From assembly GCF_006345805.1 (NCBI RefSeq), contig NC_042998.1, positions 59,272,001-59,336,000 on the forward strand: a stretch of 64,000 nt of DNA, in the 5' to 3' direction. Shown here in pieces: positions 38,890 through 52,448 of this stretch; the stretch's first letter is position 1, and each line of letters opens with the position of its first letter. The position numbers and the translations under genes are program-made. A model generated the notes under the pieces. That model was not told the origin of the DNA, searched no databases, and saw only the letters and a list, made by a program, of their open reading frames with translations. This DNA comes from Octopus sinensis. Lineage: Eukaryota.

Positions 38890-41800
38890 ATACACTGGTA
38901 ATTGTGCAACCTGATAATCGCTACCTCATATGAGTGGCAATGAAAAGTCAAAATATGGTAATAACGGTGGTAATGAAACTGAAGCAAATGATGGTGACAG
39001 TGTTACACCCGGTAGGCATAGAGATTCTGGTCCGGCTCCAGCCTGTTGATATCCAGAAATCGACCACAACACACGGCTTAGATGGAGCAAGCAAATAAAT
39101 ACTGTGGTCATGGAGTGTTACTTCAAGAGCAGCCCGGTAGATGAAAATGGTGCTCAAGTCAGGGGTTACCGACAACGTATGTATTATCATTGGAGAGAAA
39201 AGGGACTGTTTCAACTCACGGAACAGAGACTATGTCATCAAGCTAGAGCAATAAGAAAAAAATTGTTGGTTCACAGAAGTAGAGCTCAAAGCTATCAAAA
39301 GACGAGTCATAGACAATAGCAGCAGTGATAACAATGAAAATACAGTTCTTACTAATAAGAGTAATCTCATAGCACAGGAAAGGAGCTGTGGTAGTCTACT
39401 TGATGAGAAACATATAGATGATCTTAAAGAAGACAATAAAACTAATGGCTACATGACAGATGAACAAATGGCAGTCTACGACTGAATAAAGTTACGACTA
39501 CAGGAGAACGATAGCAACATTATTTGCAACTTTAAAAATGTTGTTCGATGGAAATTGAACCAAGAAACGAAAAATGTCAAGATAATTCTGAAATACATAA
39601 TCATAAAACAACATCACAGAAACAAATAATTTGATAAAGGCAGCAAGTATTGTTGTAGCAGAAAACGTGGTTGCTAATGTCAAGAAAAAGAAACATAATG
39701 AGAGTGATAAAAGAAAAGATCCATGGTGGAAAAGAAGAATCCAGGCAGGGTTAGACATGCTCTCGATGGAAATCTCTGTGTGAGACCGAAAAGAGAAAGT
39801 GGAGCTTAAAAGCGAACAAAAATACATGGCACTGAACAGGAAGTATACTATTGAAAGAAAGGACCTGAAAGTAGTAGTGGAGGAACTGAAGCAGTGCCTC
39901 GTTGCAAAGAAAGCAAAGATGGTAAAATACGACCAAAGAATGGAGGGTTAAGGTTGTGAAGACTAGTTAATGATCAATGAATGCATAACTGAAACATCAG
40001 CTGAAAGAAGAAGGGTCTAAGTATGGCCTGGTTGGATTATCAAAAAGCTTATGATAGTATTCTCCACGCGTAGATCCTAGAAACAATAGCCATGAACAAG
40101 GTAGCATCAATAATCATAACATATATTTAACATTCCTTGAATAAATGGCAAACAGTTCTACAGCTCCAGACAAAAGAACTCATAAAAACCAAATCTATCC
40201 CTATTGGAAAATGAATATTCGTGGGAGACACGCTGTCTCCACTCCTTTTTTGCTTGGCACTGACTTCTTTATCAGACATGCACCTACTGAACGGAACTGG
40301 ATGTGGAGACAACTGTTACGGCAAAAGAGTCAACAATCTGTTCTGTATATGGATGATCTAAAACTATGTGCTGCAAATGATAATCAACTGGAAATATTAA
40401 CTATAGACAGTACATGGATTTAACAAAGAAATATACGTGAAGTTAGACTTAGCAACCTTGAAAAGTGCAAAGCTAGTTAAGAGTAAAATTACACTAGCTA
40501 AAGCAAATGAAATTAGAGAATTAGACCAAAACCACACATATAAATAGTTAGGAATCAATGAACTAGATACGATACAACGCGCACAAATGAAAGAGAAAAC
40601 AAGAAAAGAATACTATAGACGAGTTAGATTGATACTGAAAACAGAGCTCAATGCGAAAATTAATAGGTATCAACACCTAGCCCGTCCCAGTTATAATTTA
40701 TAGTTACAATATTCTTAACTGGACTCTAAATTAAAATAGACAGGAAAACAAGAAATGTAATAACAGAATTTAGGATGCACCACCCAAAATCTGAGATAGA
40801 AAGCTTATATATACAACCTATTGAAGGTGGTAGAGGCCTTATACAGATAGCGAACTATTATAAAATAACTACCATAGGATTACAGAAATACCTATTTCAA
40901 AACAAGAACAAAGCAAAATAACTGTTTTCTGTCTTCAAGGAAGCTGATAAATACAAACCAAAAAGTAGTCATAATACCTGACAACTATGAAGGAAAAGAA
41001 GAAACAACAAAAGCAGTAAAAAAACTGAAATTCAAACCAAAACAGGGACAACACCGTATCATGAAAAAACGAAGGCAAGAAAAGCACCTACACGGCAAGC
41101 ATTGCGTGAAGCTAAACAGAAAAGCAATAGACAAAGCAATATCCGAAAAATGGCTGAAAACTCAAGACTCAAAGCAGAGACTGAACGATATTTACTTGCA
41201 ACACAAATAAAAACCTTTCCACCAGAAATCCCCAAAAACAAATAATGAAAAATAAAAGAAGTAACTGCAGAATATGTGGTGTTGGAGATGAGACAATAAA
41301 TCATATTGCCTCCGGCTGTCCAGTCCTGGCCAAGAAAGAATATATTCACAGTCGCGACAGAGTTCGGACCTATATACACCGGACGCTATGCCAACACTAT
41401 GGAACGACAACAGAAAAAAAAAGATGGTATAGGCACACCCCAGAAAAAGGTCTCAGAAAATAAGAAAGCAACCATACTCTGCGATATGACAATAGACACA
41501 GATAGGGAAATTATGGCTAATAGACTGGATTTTGTTGTCAACGATCACTAAGAAAGAAGATGCCTTCCAAACGATGCATCAATACCAACAGATAACAACG
41601 TTTCTCTAAAAGAAACGGAGAAACTTTAAAAGTACAAAAATCTGGAAATGGAGGTAACTTGAATGTGGAGACTAAAAACAGAAAGAATTCCTATAATAGT
41701 AGGCGCATTAGGTATGATAAAACAATATTCAGATAAATACATAACAAAAACACCAGGACTTATAAGCATATATAACATACACAAAATAGCACTACAAGGC

Positions 41801-41945
41801 ACCGCACACATCCTACGTAAAACACTTTCAATACAGTGAAAATAAGAGCACCACAGTACATACCCAAGATACACAGAGCTGCACTCGGTAGTGCAGTGAA
41901 AGCACGTGATAAAACTAAAACAACTGAATGATAATAACAATAATA
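38890..41945 (+). mobile_element. Decayed, internally deleted R4/Dong-like LINE flanked by (CTA/TAA)n
   Basis: MECYFKSSP..RGYRQRM..W..LTEQRLCHQARAI; YMDDLKL; CRICGVGDETINHIASGC; RLDFVV; 3' UTR and (TAA)n tail. Confidence 0.85.
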
Positions 41946-43243
41946 TTATTGATGATAATAATATCTTTTGTTAGCCACAGGGACACAGATGAGGAGAACA
42001 TCATGAGGATAGACTACAGCTTATGTGGGCATTTGCATAAAAGATAGGGAGAAAGAAATGAAAAAGAAAGTGAAATGCTGTAAAAGTATACAAAGTATAC
42101 ATAGTATGTAACAAGAATGCTGCAGGCCTCCTGAGACAGGAGAAAGTCTTATTATGGTCTATCAAGGAACCGCATAGACCCAGAATTACGCTAGCCACCA
42201 AGGGTACGAACCGTCTGTCCTGCTCTCTAATCTGCAGACGCATACATAGAGTAGGGTCATTCACTGTAACCATTTCTGTCACAGTCACCCACCTTTTCAC
42301 TAATTAGTGGGAGGCAGCACTTCCTTCTCCATCCTCACTTTACTTTCGAAGTGGAACTTTAAAAAGAGAAGAGCTCGACCGGTCAGAGAGGTGCCTTGCC
42401 TCAATCCCTTCAACCTCTTTCACCGCACAACTCCTTTCGCCATAATCATTAGACAAATGAACATCGCCTGCCCTGCTTTGTTAAAGGTGAGTGGTGTGGG
42501 AATCCCCACGATCGATTCAGCCGATAGTCGGATTCGTACCACACACGATCAAATGTTCAACATAATTCTACAAGTCAACAAAATTTGAACACTGCACGAG
42601 TACATGCAGAACGGTTTTGTAGCTCTGCAAGACTGTTAACTCCCTGGCAAGCGTATCAACGCAAAATTATTAACACCACCGCTGCTGCCTCGACCATCAC
42701 CACCACCACCACCACCACCACCAACACGACCATTATTTTAGGGCTCAATAAAAAGATGGACACCTAAAGCCGTAGCTCCCTAAAATATGAAAAATTAATA
42801 GGATTGCATCGCGAAAATCAAGCTGAAATTACTACGAATCTGGCAGAAACAATGCTACATGTATAAAAATCTGTTAACACATTTATTTTACACGTTATAT
42901 TTGATTCTCATGTGGAATTAATAATTGACATAACACGTGTGTGACACGACGAATGAGAACGCGGAGCTATCGTTAACGCTGATAATGATAACTGTAGTGA
43001 TAATAATGCTAGCTATGATGCTAAGAACAATTATGATACACCGAGTCATCATTAGTCTTCCTAAGTAACAAGCAATTGCTGGTCACATATATTTTCCCTA
43101 TACTTACAAAAATTATTTTCTTTTGTTGCCCTCGAAGTTTTCAAAAACCCGAAATGGCTAGTTTAAATCCTGAGGAGATAGTTATAGTCACGGATACTAA
43201 CCTGACGGACAGTCTGCTTATTAACCATCCTTACTACTACTAC

Positions 43244-43560
43244 TGGAGGCGCAATGGCCCAGTAGTTAGGACAGCGGATTCGCAGTCGGAGGATCGCAGT
43301 TTCGATTCCCAGACCGGGCGTTGTGTGTTTATTGAGCGAAAACACCTAAAGCTCCACGAGGCTCCGGCAGGAGGTGGTGGCGACCCCTGTTGTACTCTTT
43401 CGCCCCAACTTTCTCTCATGCTTTCTTCCTGTTTCTTGAGTAACGCGGTGATGGACTGGCGTCCCGTCCAGCCGCGGGGAACACATACGCCATAGAAACC
43501 GGTAAACTGGGCCCATGAGCCTGGCTAGGCTTGAAAAGGGCGCATAAATATAAATAAAAA
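43244..43560 (+). mobile_element. tRNA-derived SINE with V-domain-like 3' part
   Basis: Head nearly identical to 32727; tail gatggactggcgtcccgtccag..catagaaaccgg..gggcccatgagcc resembles the V-SINE domain as I recall it. Confidence 0.7.
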
Positions 43561-44217
43561 CTCTTCCTCCTCCTCCTCCTCCTCCTCCTCCTCCTCCTGC
43601 TACTACTACTACTACTAGTATACATAGTGGTAGTAGTAAAGAAGCAGTTGTCAATCCCTTTACTACGGCTACAGGAGGTTGCTCAAAGAAAAAAAAACAG
43701 AAAAAAAACAACCCAGGAGGTAGCAATAACGACAACGATAACTACAATCTGCCAAACCCCACCTTCTTTTCAGTGGCTCGCCAGAGACGAAAATCAACAC
43801 TAACTGCAACTAATCAAGTAACAACAGTTACAATGAGGCTAACAACAACACTGTTACTGAAGATACAGAAGCGAGCCGCGAGGACAAAAACAACAACAAC
43901 AATAACAACGGTAATAATAGTAATAATAATAGTGGTAGGGATTCCACTTAATTACTTTTTATTTATTGTACCCTCAACTGATCGACCGAAGAAGATTACA
44001 AGCTAACAATGGATTCTCTGAGAACTCACTGAGCATGATAGAAAAAGCAGTTAAATATCTCTCAAATCGCAAATGACAGCTAAGAGGAAGGACACGTCGG
44101 ATTATGTAATTCTGTATGCGGCTGTTCATATGAGCATTTCAGGCAGTTGGCCTCAACCTTACCTTCATGGGCCCTTTTAAGCTCTGCGTCTGTGGGAATC
44201 CTGTAGCACGTTACACA

Positions 44218-44282
44218 GGACAAACTTGGCGTCCCTAAGCCTTGTCCAGCAACTAATTTAGAGCTGGTGTTGTAAATAGAGT
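44218..44282 (+). ncRNA. Candidate HDV-like ribozyme at the LINE 5' end (probably decayed)
   Basis: P1 GGACAA/UUGUCC, P2 ACUU/GAGU, P3 GGC/GCC around GUCCCUAA, P4 CAAC/GUUG; catalytic C not evident. Confidence 0.35.
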
Positions 44283-46030
44283 GACCCTTTACAGGAAAAT
44301 CTCATCTAAACACATTCGGGGTGCAAACCTTGTAGAAAATACTCTCATTTGTTGCAATGATATAAACTAATACCTATCCAGATAACATCATGAATGGGAA
44401 GATTCCCACTGGGTGTCAAAGACACCGCATCTCCCTCACCTGGCAGGGACCCTCAGATGGCAATGGAGTGAAAGACCGGACCCCAACCGGTCATGGTCTT
44501 TCTATCGGTCAAAATGCGTAGCATTCTTGAAAATGGAAGTGATCTAGCCATATAAACAAAAGAGCAATTAAGTGTCATGAACCATCCTTGCTAGAGAGGA
44601 GTAATTGTAAATTTGAAGCTGTTGTCGGAAGAAGAGCACATGAATTTTAGAACCAGCTAAGTATGTTGCAGAAGACTGAAAATGGGCTCATGAATCAGTC
44701 AAAAATGTTTCAGAATAGAAGCTTTTTTAATGAAACCAAAATTCAGAAATCAGAGAAAGCCCCTCTAGTGATGATAAACTCCAGCAGAATAATATAAGTG
44801 AAGGTGAACAAATGGATAAGTGTAGTAGAGGAGAGATACTTGCGTGGAGGAATGGAAATAATCAGTATAATGTAGCGGACCGTGTATTACCAGAGAGTAT
44901 GACAGAGTAAGAAAGGGAAATAATAAGACTCAAAGAAATAACCATTATAAGAACAGATACTGGACCGGTGAATTTGAGATGTTTGACTGTGACAGTGTGA
45001 AGCGAGCGATCCAAAAGGTTGAGAGAATCTTGAAGTATATTCCAACGTAAGATCTATTTAAAACAAGGGACTTGAATAGATCTACTTTAATTTTAGTTGG
45101 TGAACTGATTGGAAGAGGTTTGAGAGGGAATCAGGCGGAGAATCGAAGGTAGCATTAAAACCATGCGTAAGGATCTGAGTCGCATAGATGAATCGTTCAA
45201 AGGGTGAAGGAAACATACTAAAGTATGTGTGAAGGCATACCTTGAAACAACATATATAGGAAAGAAAGATTTCAAAACTGTTGTCGAAACCTCAAAATAA
45301 CGTATTCAGGCAAAAGAAGTGATGGGGCAAAGCTACACAGAGCGCATATCGCAGTTTCATCAAAGCAAATAATTCACAAATAACGAGAGGCATTTTTGTA
45401 AGAGCTTGGATAGAGACACAGAAGATAATATACCTCCTGAAGGAGAGGAAATCCGCCAATTTTGGAATAACATCTGGGGGCAAGAGGTTTCTTACAAGCA
45501 CCGTGCTGTGTGGATTCATTACATGAGATCCAAACTCCAGTGCTCTGTGGGTCCAATGCAGAACCATGTGTCTATAATACAGGAAGATATAATTGTACAG
45601 GTATCAAAACTGCCAAATTAGAGAGCCAGATGGAATCGAAGGTTAATGGCTCAAGTGATTTAGGTCAACATACGAACGAATTGCTTTGCAATTAGGCGAT
45701 GGCCTACAGAATTCTGTGGTTTGGGAATAGATGGTAAAGGAGAAGACAACATTATCGTTGCCAGATTGGTCAAAAGGCAATGAGATTAGCAAGTACTGAC
45801 CCATTGCTTCTCTTAACTTTCATAGAAAGTATTAACAGGTATCCTCGCAAGGGAAATATATATGTTCCTTGCGAAAAACAATCTACTTCCATTAGAATAA
45901 AAGCGGTGCCAGAAAAGATCCAAGGGCACCGAGTACCATCAAGATCGTAATGAACTGCAAATGGTACCAAAAAAAAAAAAACAACCTTGTGTATGGCCTG
46001 GATAAACTTTAAAAAACTCTTATGATTAAG
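44218..46030 (+). mobile_element. Old R4/Dong-like LINE, 5' part
   Basis: TENGLMNQSKMFQNRSFL (N-terminal domain), EEIRQFWNNIW, LPN..PDG..G, YxPIASL..KVLTG, QKRC.KRSKGT; heavily frameshifted. Confidence 0.7.
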
Positions 46031-46264
46031 GTCATTTTTCAACCTTAGAAATTGCTTGCTCTTATTCTTATTTGTACACATTTTAAACCCTAAGTTTTAA
46101 CTTCATTGACAGATTTTAACCTTATCTAACCTTATTATTAATACATCCTCAATAACCATTAGGGATTTCACTTTAGTTTTGATTATTATGTGACATACAA
46201 TTATTATCAAAACAATTTAAAAAAAAAGAACAATTGTGGAAATTTATTATAGTACAATATGATA

Positions 46265-47572
46265 TAATATTTTATATTCGAAGACAAAAAATACCTGTCG
46301 TTTGCAAGGTTTTCTCACCACCGAAAGACTGTATTCTACGGTAGCTGATGTCGCTTGACATTGTCTCAGATCTGCATATAGGGCAGGTGAAACTTTGGGG
46401 GTCCATTAGTTGAATTATAGAATTTATATGGTTCTTATGTAATCTAAAATCCATGCAGTTCATGATGCAACATGAATTTCAGTGATTTGAGACTTTTGTA
46501 AGCATCGTCGAAGATGGTGAAAGCTTTTAACTCAGCTTTCAAAATCAATTGCAAATAGTTTGGACAGTTTTGGACGGGGTTAGTCCTCATCTCAGGATTT
46601 TTCACAGATTATTTAGCTCACTGCATCGAAATGTCTTCATTCTCAAAACTCTCATCAATTTTTGTAACTTCTGCAAGGTTCTAGGGCATAGTAATTACAG
46701 ATGTCCAGCCAGCTACTTCACTTGATCACAATTGGCTAAGAGGGGTATCCATTTGTTTTGTAAATTGCTTTCGACGGATTTTTAAAATTCTTTACATATG
46801 CGGCCCTGTCGTTGGCAATAGAAGGCTTATATTTTTCGAGAAAAGCTGTGCAGAAAGCACATTACATGGAAGAGCTTTGGTTACATAACTTGCAATGTTT
46901 CTTCTGAAGCTACCTACAATATTCTGAGCAACATCAGATAATAATAGAAAACTTTCTCTTGGAATCGTCATACTTAACGAATTATCGATGATTTCGGCGG
47001 TGACTACGACTATTAGAGCTGATTCAAGCGGCAATCATTCTATTAAGAACGACTTTTGAGGATTTTAAACTGAACCAATAAGTACATTGACAATTTTTTG
47101 TCATCGATTGCACTTTCTTCAACAATTAACAATAAATTTTGATTCTCCAGGCAGTCTTGCAATTCCTAACCGTATTTGCACTAAGCATATCGATATACTT
47201 TCGGCACGTAGATTGAGATGGCAGTGGTTTATTGATAGAATCAAAGAGACTTCTCAAATTCGGATTAGTGAGCCTGTGCTCTGAAATGTCAGCCTCAAGA
47301 AACAATTTCGTCACCATTGCACCCCAAGATTTATCGTTTTCAGTGAATTCAAACAACATAGGTGGCTATTCAATTTTGGTAGTCTTTTAAAGATAGCTTT
47401 GATGTTATTTGCTCATTCTATGCGATTCAACAAAATGCTTTTTATTGCATTTGACATCAACGAGACCCTTTCAGCAGTGTAACTGGCTATTGTGAGTTAG
47501 TAAAGATACGTTTATGAATTTTTCTGTAGATTCAAGGGCTTTTGACTTCTGATTTATTATTAGCTTTGGCAT
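46265..47572 (-). pseudogene. hAT-superfamily transposase of CGGBP1-like type
   Basis: MPK..LHC*..VKCNKKHFVESH..K*HQ (Zn finger); FLEADISEHRLTNPNLRSLF..PLPSQSTCRKY; LLLSDVAQ; PKLFHVMCFLH; CQATSATVE.S.S (hAT dimerization); stops and frameshifts. Confidence 0.75.
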
Positions 47573-48529
47573 CTGAGCCAAGAAAAAGAAAATCATAATA
47601 ATCAAATTTAAAATAACTTGAAACAAGAAAAGAGCAGCTCAAAAAGGCAATGACAAAAAAATTCCACAATCAATATCCAGCAACGCAACGGTGAAGGAAA
47701 ATGATTCAACTCAATTAGCCTCAGATACAAATTTACATAATAGCTAACAAATTTAAGCGATACATAAAAAAGTATATATCGAAATGTTATTGCAAAACAG
47801 CCAGCATGCTGACATTTACGTACAGTGAAAAGAATATCAAGGAAAAGTACGTACTTTCAATGGTAAATTGAAAATTCCTAAATAACAGGAGCAAAGAATT
47901 AAAACTAATTAGAAATCCTTACAATTGGAGGGCAATGAATAATTCTATTCTTATACACACCTTACATGAATCGGGGAAAAAGACGCAAATAATCAATTTT
48001 TGCGGTTGGTTTCGATCACCAATAACTAATATTGGTAATAGTACATTTAAGTCGAAAAGTTCTCACACAAGAAAACAATACCGACTTACGTCACATTTAT
48101 CTGTCTTCAAATAACTGGTCGCACATGGTGTCACATAATTTTCAATATTAGAGTGTAGGACATACTATAGGGAGTGCTCAAAATAGCTGCGAAGTGATAG
48201 TTAAATGCAACTGCTCTACTAATAACTAGTAGAAATATACACCAAATTTAGATTTAATCAATGCAGAAAAATATATATCGATGAACTTATTTATTCTTTT
48301 CAGTATCTAATCACCAATTTATTTTCAGTGAAAGTTCCTTTATTAAACTCATTCAAAATTTATTGCACAATTTTAACTTTATAAACTTCAGAAAGGATTA
48401 ATCACGATAATTAATCGTAAAAAAAAAAGATTTTCACCTTTGATTTTAACCTTAAAACGAACGTTTTTATGAATTCTAACTTCCTGTGGCTTACAGGTTG
48501 CTGCATTCATGGATTCCGGAAAAGCACAT

Positions 48530-49620
48530 CGATTATGAAGTAGTTGAAAATGTGCGTGCACCACTCGAAAGCAGCATACCTATTTGGAAAAGGTCTTTTC
48601 TATAACAAGCAACACTTAGCCAAGGTAACAATCGAAAGAGGTGTCTTCCACGGAAATACTTGTCCACTTTTGCTATTTGCTATAGATTTGATCACACTTT
48701 CTGTAGTGCTCTTCATGGATGACTTAAAATTGTTCGCAAAACGGAGACTTCAATAGAGAGGCTGATCGAGACTGTACAGAAGTACAGCAAGGTTAAAGGA
48801 ATGAAATTTAGGATCTCAAAATATGCGACGTTCACGCCGAAAAAATGGCTGCGGTGAAGAGCAAAATGCAGCATGCTACTAATGGAGGAGTATTTACCAA
48901 CAATGGATTTGAGTGTGCAAATGAATTCCGATCACGAATAGTAAACGACAGAGAAGAAACATTGCTTTCCATGCAATTACATGGTCAGTCCCACTGCAAA
49001 ACAAACAACTTGAAAGACTAGGGAGAATCATGGATGTGACTCAGCAAAAGTGATTTAAAAAGTGGACTGAAAGCCTGACATTAGCTGCCAAGCATCAGGT
49101 ATTGAACATCAACAAAGTGAAAAGGGATATATACCATACAAGTGCAATGAACCGCAGCAGAATGTGTTGGAAGAAAATCGAAAGCGTGACTCACATCGTT
49201 AGCGCTTGTAAAAGTATTGCACGGAAAGAGGACAAGTAGACATGACAGGGTAGACTTAGAGCATCACTGGCTACTGTTCCTGAAGTATGGACACGAGGCA
49301 ACGAGCGCCTCGTACGAACGCACATCGGAATATGTAATGGACGAAAACGAGAAGTTAAAGATCATCTGAAAGGAGGTCGAAAAATATGGAGACCTGAAAA
49401 TTGAGATCGCCAAGATATGACAGCTGCAAAAGTGAAACACAACGATTGTTCCTGTTGACATCGGAACATTGGGTTCATTACCGCCCAACCCGAAGAAGCA
49501 TCTTGGCACGGACACTTTAAAAATACACTACAATATAGACGTATTGAAAAAATCGGCCTTATTTGGAACAGCACGCATACAGCGTAACGTTCTGCATGTT
49601 TGACATTCATTTTGTAACAT
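48530..49620 (+). mobile_element. Decayed R4/Dong-like LINE fragment
   Basis: IERGVFHGNTCPLL..LFMDDLKLF; downstream CRMC..ESVTHIVSAC and RLE remnants. Confidence 0.7.
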
Positions 49621-49734
49621 GAGAGACAGCAGAAATCCCTGATACACACAATATCTTCAATTCACAACACTGGATACATTTGTCACCATAAATAATAATA
49701 ATGATAATAATGATAACAACAACAACAATAATAA

Positions 49735-51075
49735 CAGTTTCAATATCGTTGACTGGTCAATTACTGAAATATGTAATCTTGACAGAAAAATTCGAAAACT
49801 GTTGACAATGCATAGAATGCACCACCCTAAAACAGATACAGAACGACTTTATCTGCCAAGAAAAGAGTGAGGCCGTGGACTTTTACAACTGGCAATAACA
49901 ATGAAGATTGCAACAATTGGCCTAGACACCTACCTGAAAAACTCTGAGGACTGGATGTTAAAACTTGTCTTAAATCATGAAAACAAGAAAGCATCATACT
50001 CAGTAACAAAACAGGTAAACGAATATCTAAGTGAATTCCGAATACAACAAATCCCGGAATTAGACATACAAGAAACAAGCACAGAAAAAGCTAAGCGCAT
50101 GAAAATCCGTGCTAAAACTGCGGCCTTAGATATTCTGAATGATAAATGGCAAGAAAAACTTCTCTATGGCAAATACCCAAAGAAAGCGAATAATGCAGAT
50201 GTTGACAAATCCCTGATCCATCAATGGCTAATGGCCTCTGGCTTAAAATTTGAAACAGAAGGGTTTATCATAGCAGCTCAAGATCAATGCCTACCAACAA
50301 GGAACTACCAGGCCAACATATTAAAGAACGGCAGAAGCCAAACATGTCGTGTACGTCAACAACAAAATGAAACCATTGATCATGTTGTCTCCAAGTGCAG
50401 TCTTATAGCGCCTACATAGTATCTCAACAGACATGGTAGAGCTTCACAATATATTCACTAGGTAATTTGCAAAAACCTGGATTTGCCCCATGAAAAATCT
50501 GGTGGGAACACAAACCATCTCCAGTGCTTGAAAATGACCACATCTCACTCCTCTGGAACTTCACCATTCAAACTGACAGAAAGATAGATGCAAATAGGCC
50601 AAACATCATATTGAAAGACTTCAGACAAAGAACATGCCTCCTCATTGATATGACTGCCCCAATCGATATAAACGTATCTGTCAAGACCTACCAAAAACTG
50701 AGCAAATATAAAGATCTTGCAATAGAAATCAGCAAAATGTGGAACCTGAAGACTAAAACAATACCTGTAGTCATATGTGCCCTGGGAATGATAGCAAAAG
50801 GGGCTGATTGCTACCTAACTCAGATACCAGGAAACCCAAAATTGGCAGAAATTCAAAAGATAGTGATCATGGGAACTGCTCATATCCTACGCAAAATACT
50901 TTCTATGTAATATGAAGGTTTAAACAAACATAATTTTCATTTCTTTTTTTTTTAGACATTCCCAAGTACAACACTAAAAAAACCCCAAATATATGGCACA
51001 CTAGGCAGAACAATAACATGAACTTCCAAACTTATGTCTCCTGGGGTCTCTGGGTGCGACTTGGAGCCAACTTGT
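49735..51075 (+). mobile_element. 5'-truncated R4/Dong-like LINE with (AAT)n tail (to ~51235)
   Basis: DRKIRKLL..RMHHPK; WQEK.LYGKY; ETEGFIIAAQDQCLPTRNY; CRV..ETIDHVVSKC; RPNIILKD..IDM..P..KYKDL; few stops. Confidence 0.9.
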
Positions 51076-51099
51076 ACAAATATAAAGCAAAAGTCAAAC

Positions 51100-51159
<60 letters not shown>

Positions 51160-51479
51160 CAAAATAATAATAATGATAATAATAATAAAAAATAATAATA
51201 ATAATAATAACAATGATGATGATGCTGATGATTATTATTGGCACGAGGCATGTAATTTAGGTGAATGAGCTAGTCGATTACATCGAACCCAATGCTTGGC
51301 TGGTACTAATTCTATCGAATCTAGAAAAGATAAAAGACAACGTCGACTTCGGCAGGATTTGAACTCAGAATGTAAAGCTATGCACTTGTCAAATGCTGAT
51401 AGTATCGACTAATACTTCTTCTCCACATTATTGGTTTAGTGCTTAAATTAGAAAATATTATAATATGGTCCCTTTGTAT

Positions 51480-52380
51480 AAGTGACGTACAGAGCCCTCC
51501 ACCTTTTTTGGTGGTAAACACACAAAGCCGCCTGAACAACCACCGTCATATGGTTCCTAATTGCTTGTAACAGCGTTCACTCACTTACAACCTGTCCACA
51601 CCCCATTTCCCGCTACATTACTGAAAATATCACTAAATCCTATGCTAAATTTTCTCTCCTTTTCTCAAATAGCTGTGAATTTCTCGCTAAACTAGATTCG
51701 ACTTATCACTCCCTTCATGCAATCCGCTTATACAATCTCTCTCACTCAGTATAACCAATTTGTCAACCCCTATGTAACATTCTATTTTTACTCTCCTGAC
51801 TATAGTCTATACTCAGACTTCATTCTGAAAACGTGAAGCTGTGCTTAAGTAGAAATTTCGCGTCCTATAATTCGCAACTCTTCCCTGATTTCAACAATAA
51901 CGTCTTCGATTTACTTTTACCCAAAGTCTCTCCCCTTCATTTTCACAAATATATCTGTTACCACAACTACTCTCCAGATTGCTAGCAAACTGCTAGCAAT
52001 TCTGTCGCCATATCTCACCATACATCATCCCCCTACATAGATAAAATATTTTTACCCTACTCGTCTCCAAATATTCGTTCTCGATTAAATTTTATATCTT
52101 ATTTATATAACCACAGGTCCAACAACACCAAGTTTTAGGTATTCATTCCACTGTATCTCTCCCCAGCCATAAACCACAAGCCATAGTTGTCCTACTTCTA
52201 TGAACAGTGACCTCAAAATAATTTTCTCGTGGAACGTGACTAACCTTCATTATTTCACCATCGTGCCACACTCATGAACTGCACCCGAATGGAGCACTCT
52301 GACCGATCTAAATAAAAGACGTCACCCTCACGAGGATCCGTCCTGATGAAAACTCATCCTAAACAAGGCGAAACCATATC
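51480..52380 (+). pseudogene. Decayed PLE-type RT followed directly by a hammerhead remnant (CUGAUGA 52343-52349, GAAAC 52370-52374)
   Basis: PSTFFGGKHTKP, NSCEFLAKL, KLCLSRNFASYN, HP..IK.F, across many frameshifts. Confidence 0.4.
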
Positions 52381-52448
52381 CCAAAGACTAGCCTTGCTAT
52401 TCAGAGCCAGCAAACATTTCAGCCTACAATTGCTGAACAACAGCAAAG

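Noticed and set aside
42000-42760. GC-richer unique-looking segment as a host exon or promoter
   Set aside because: No recognisable protein motif or convincing splice pattern; left unexplained
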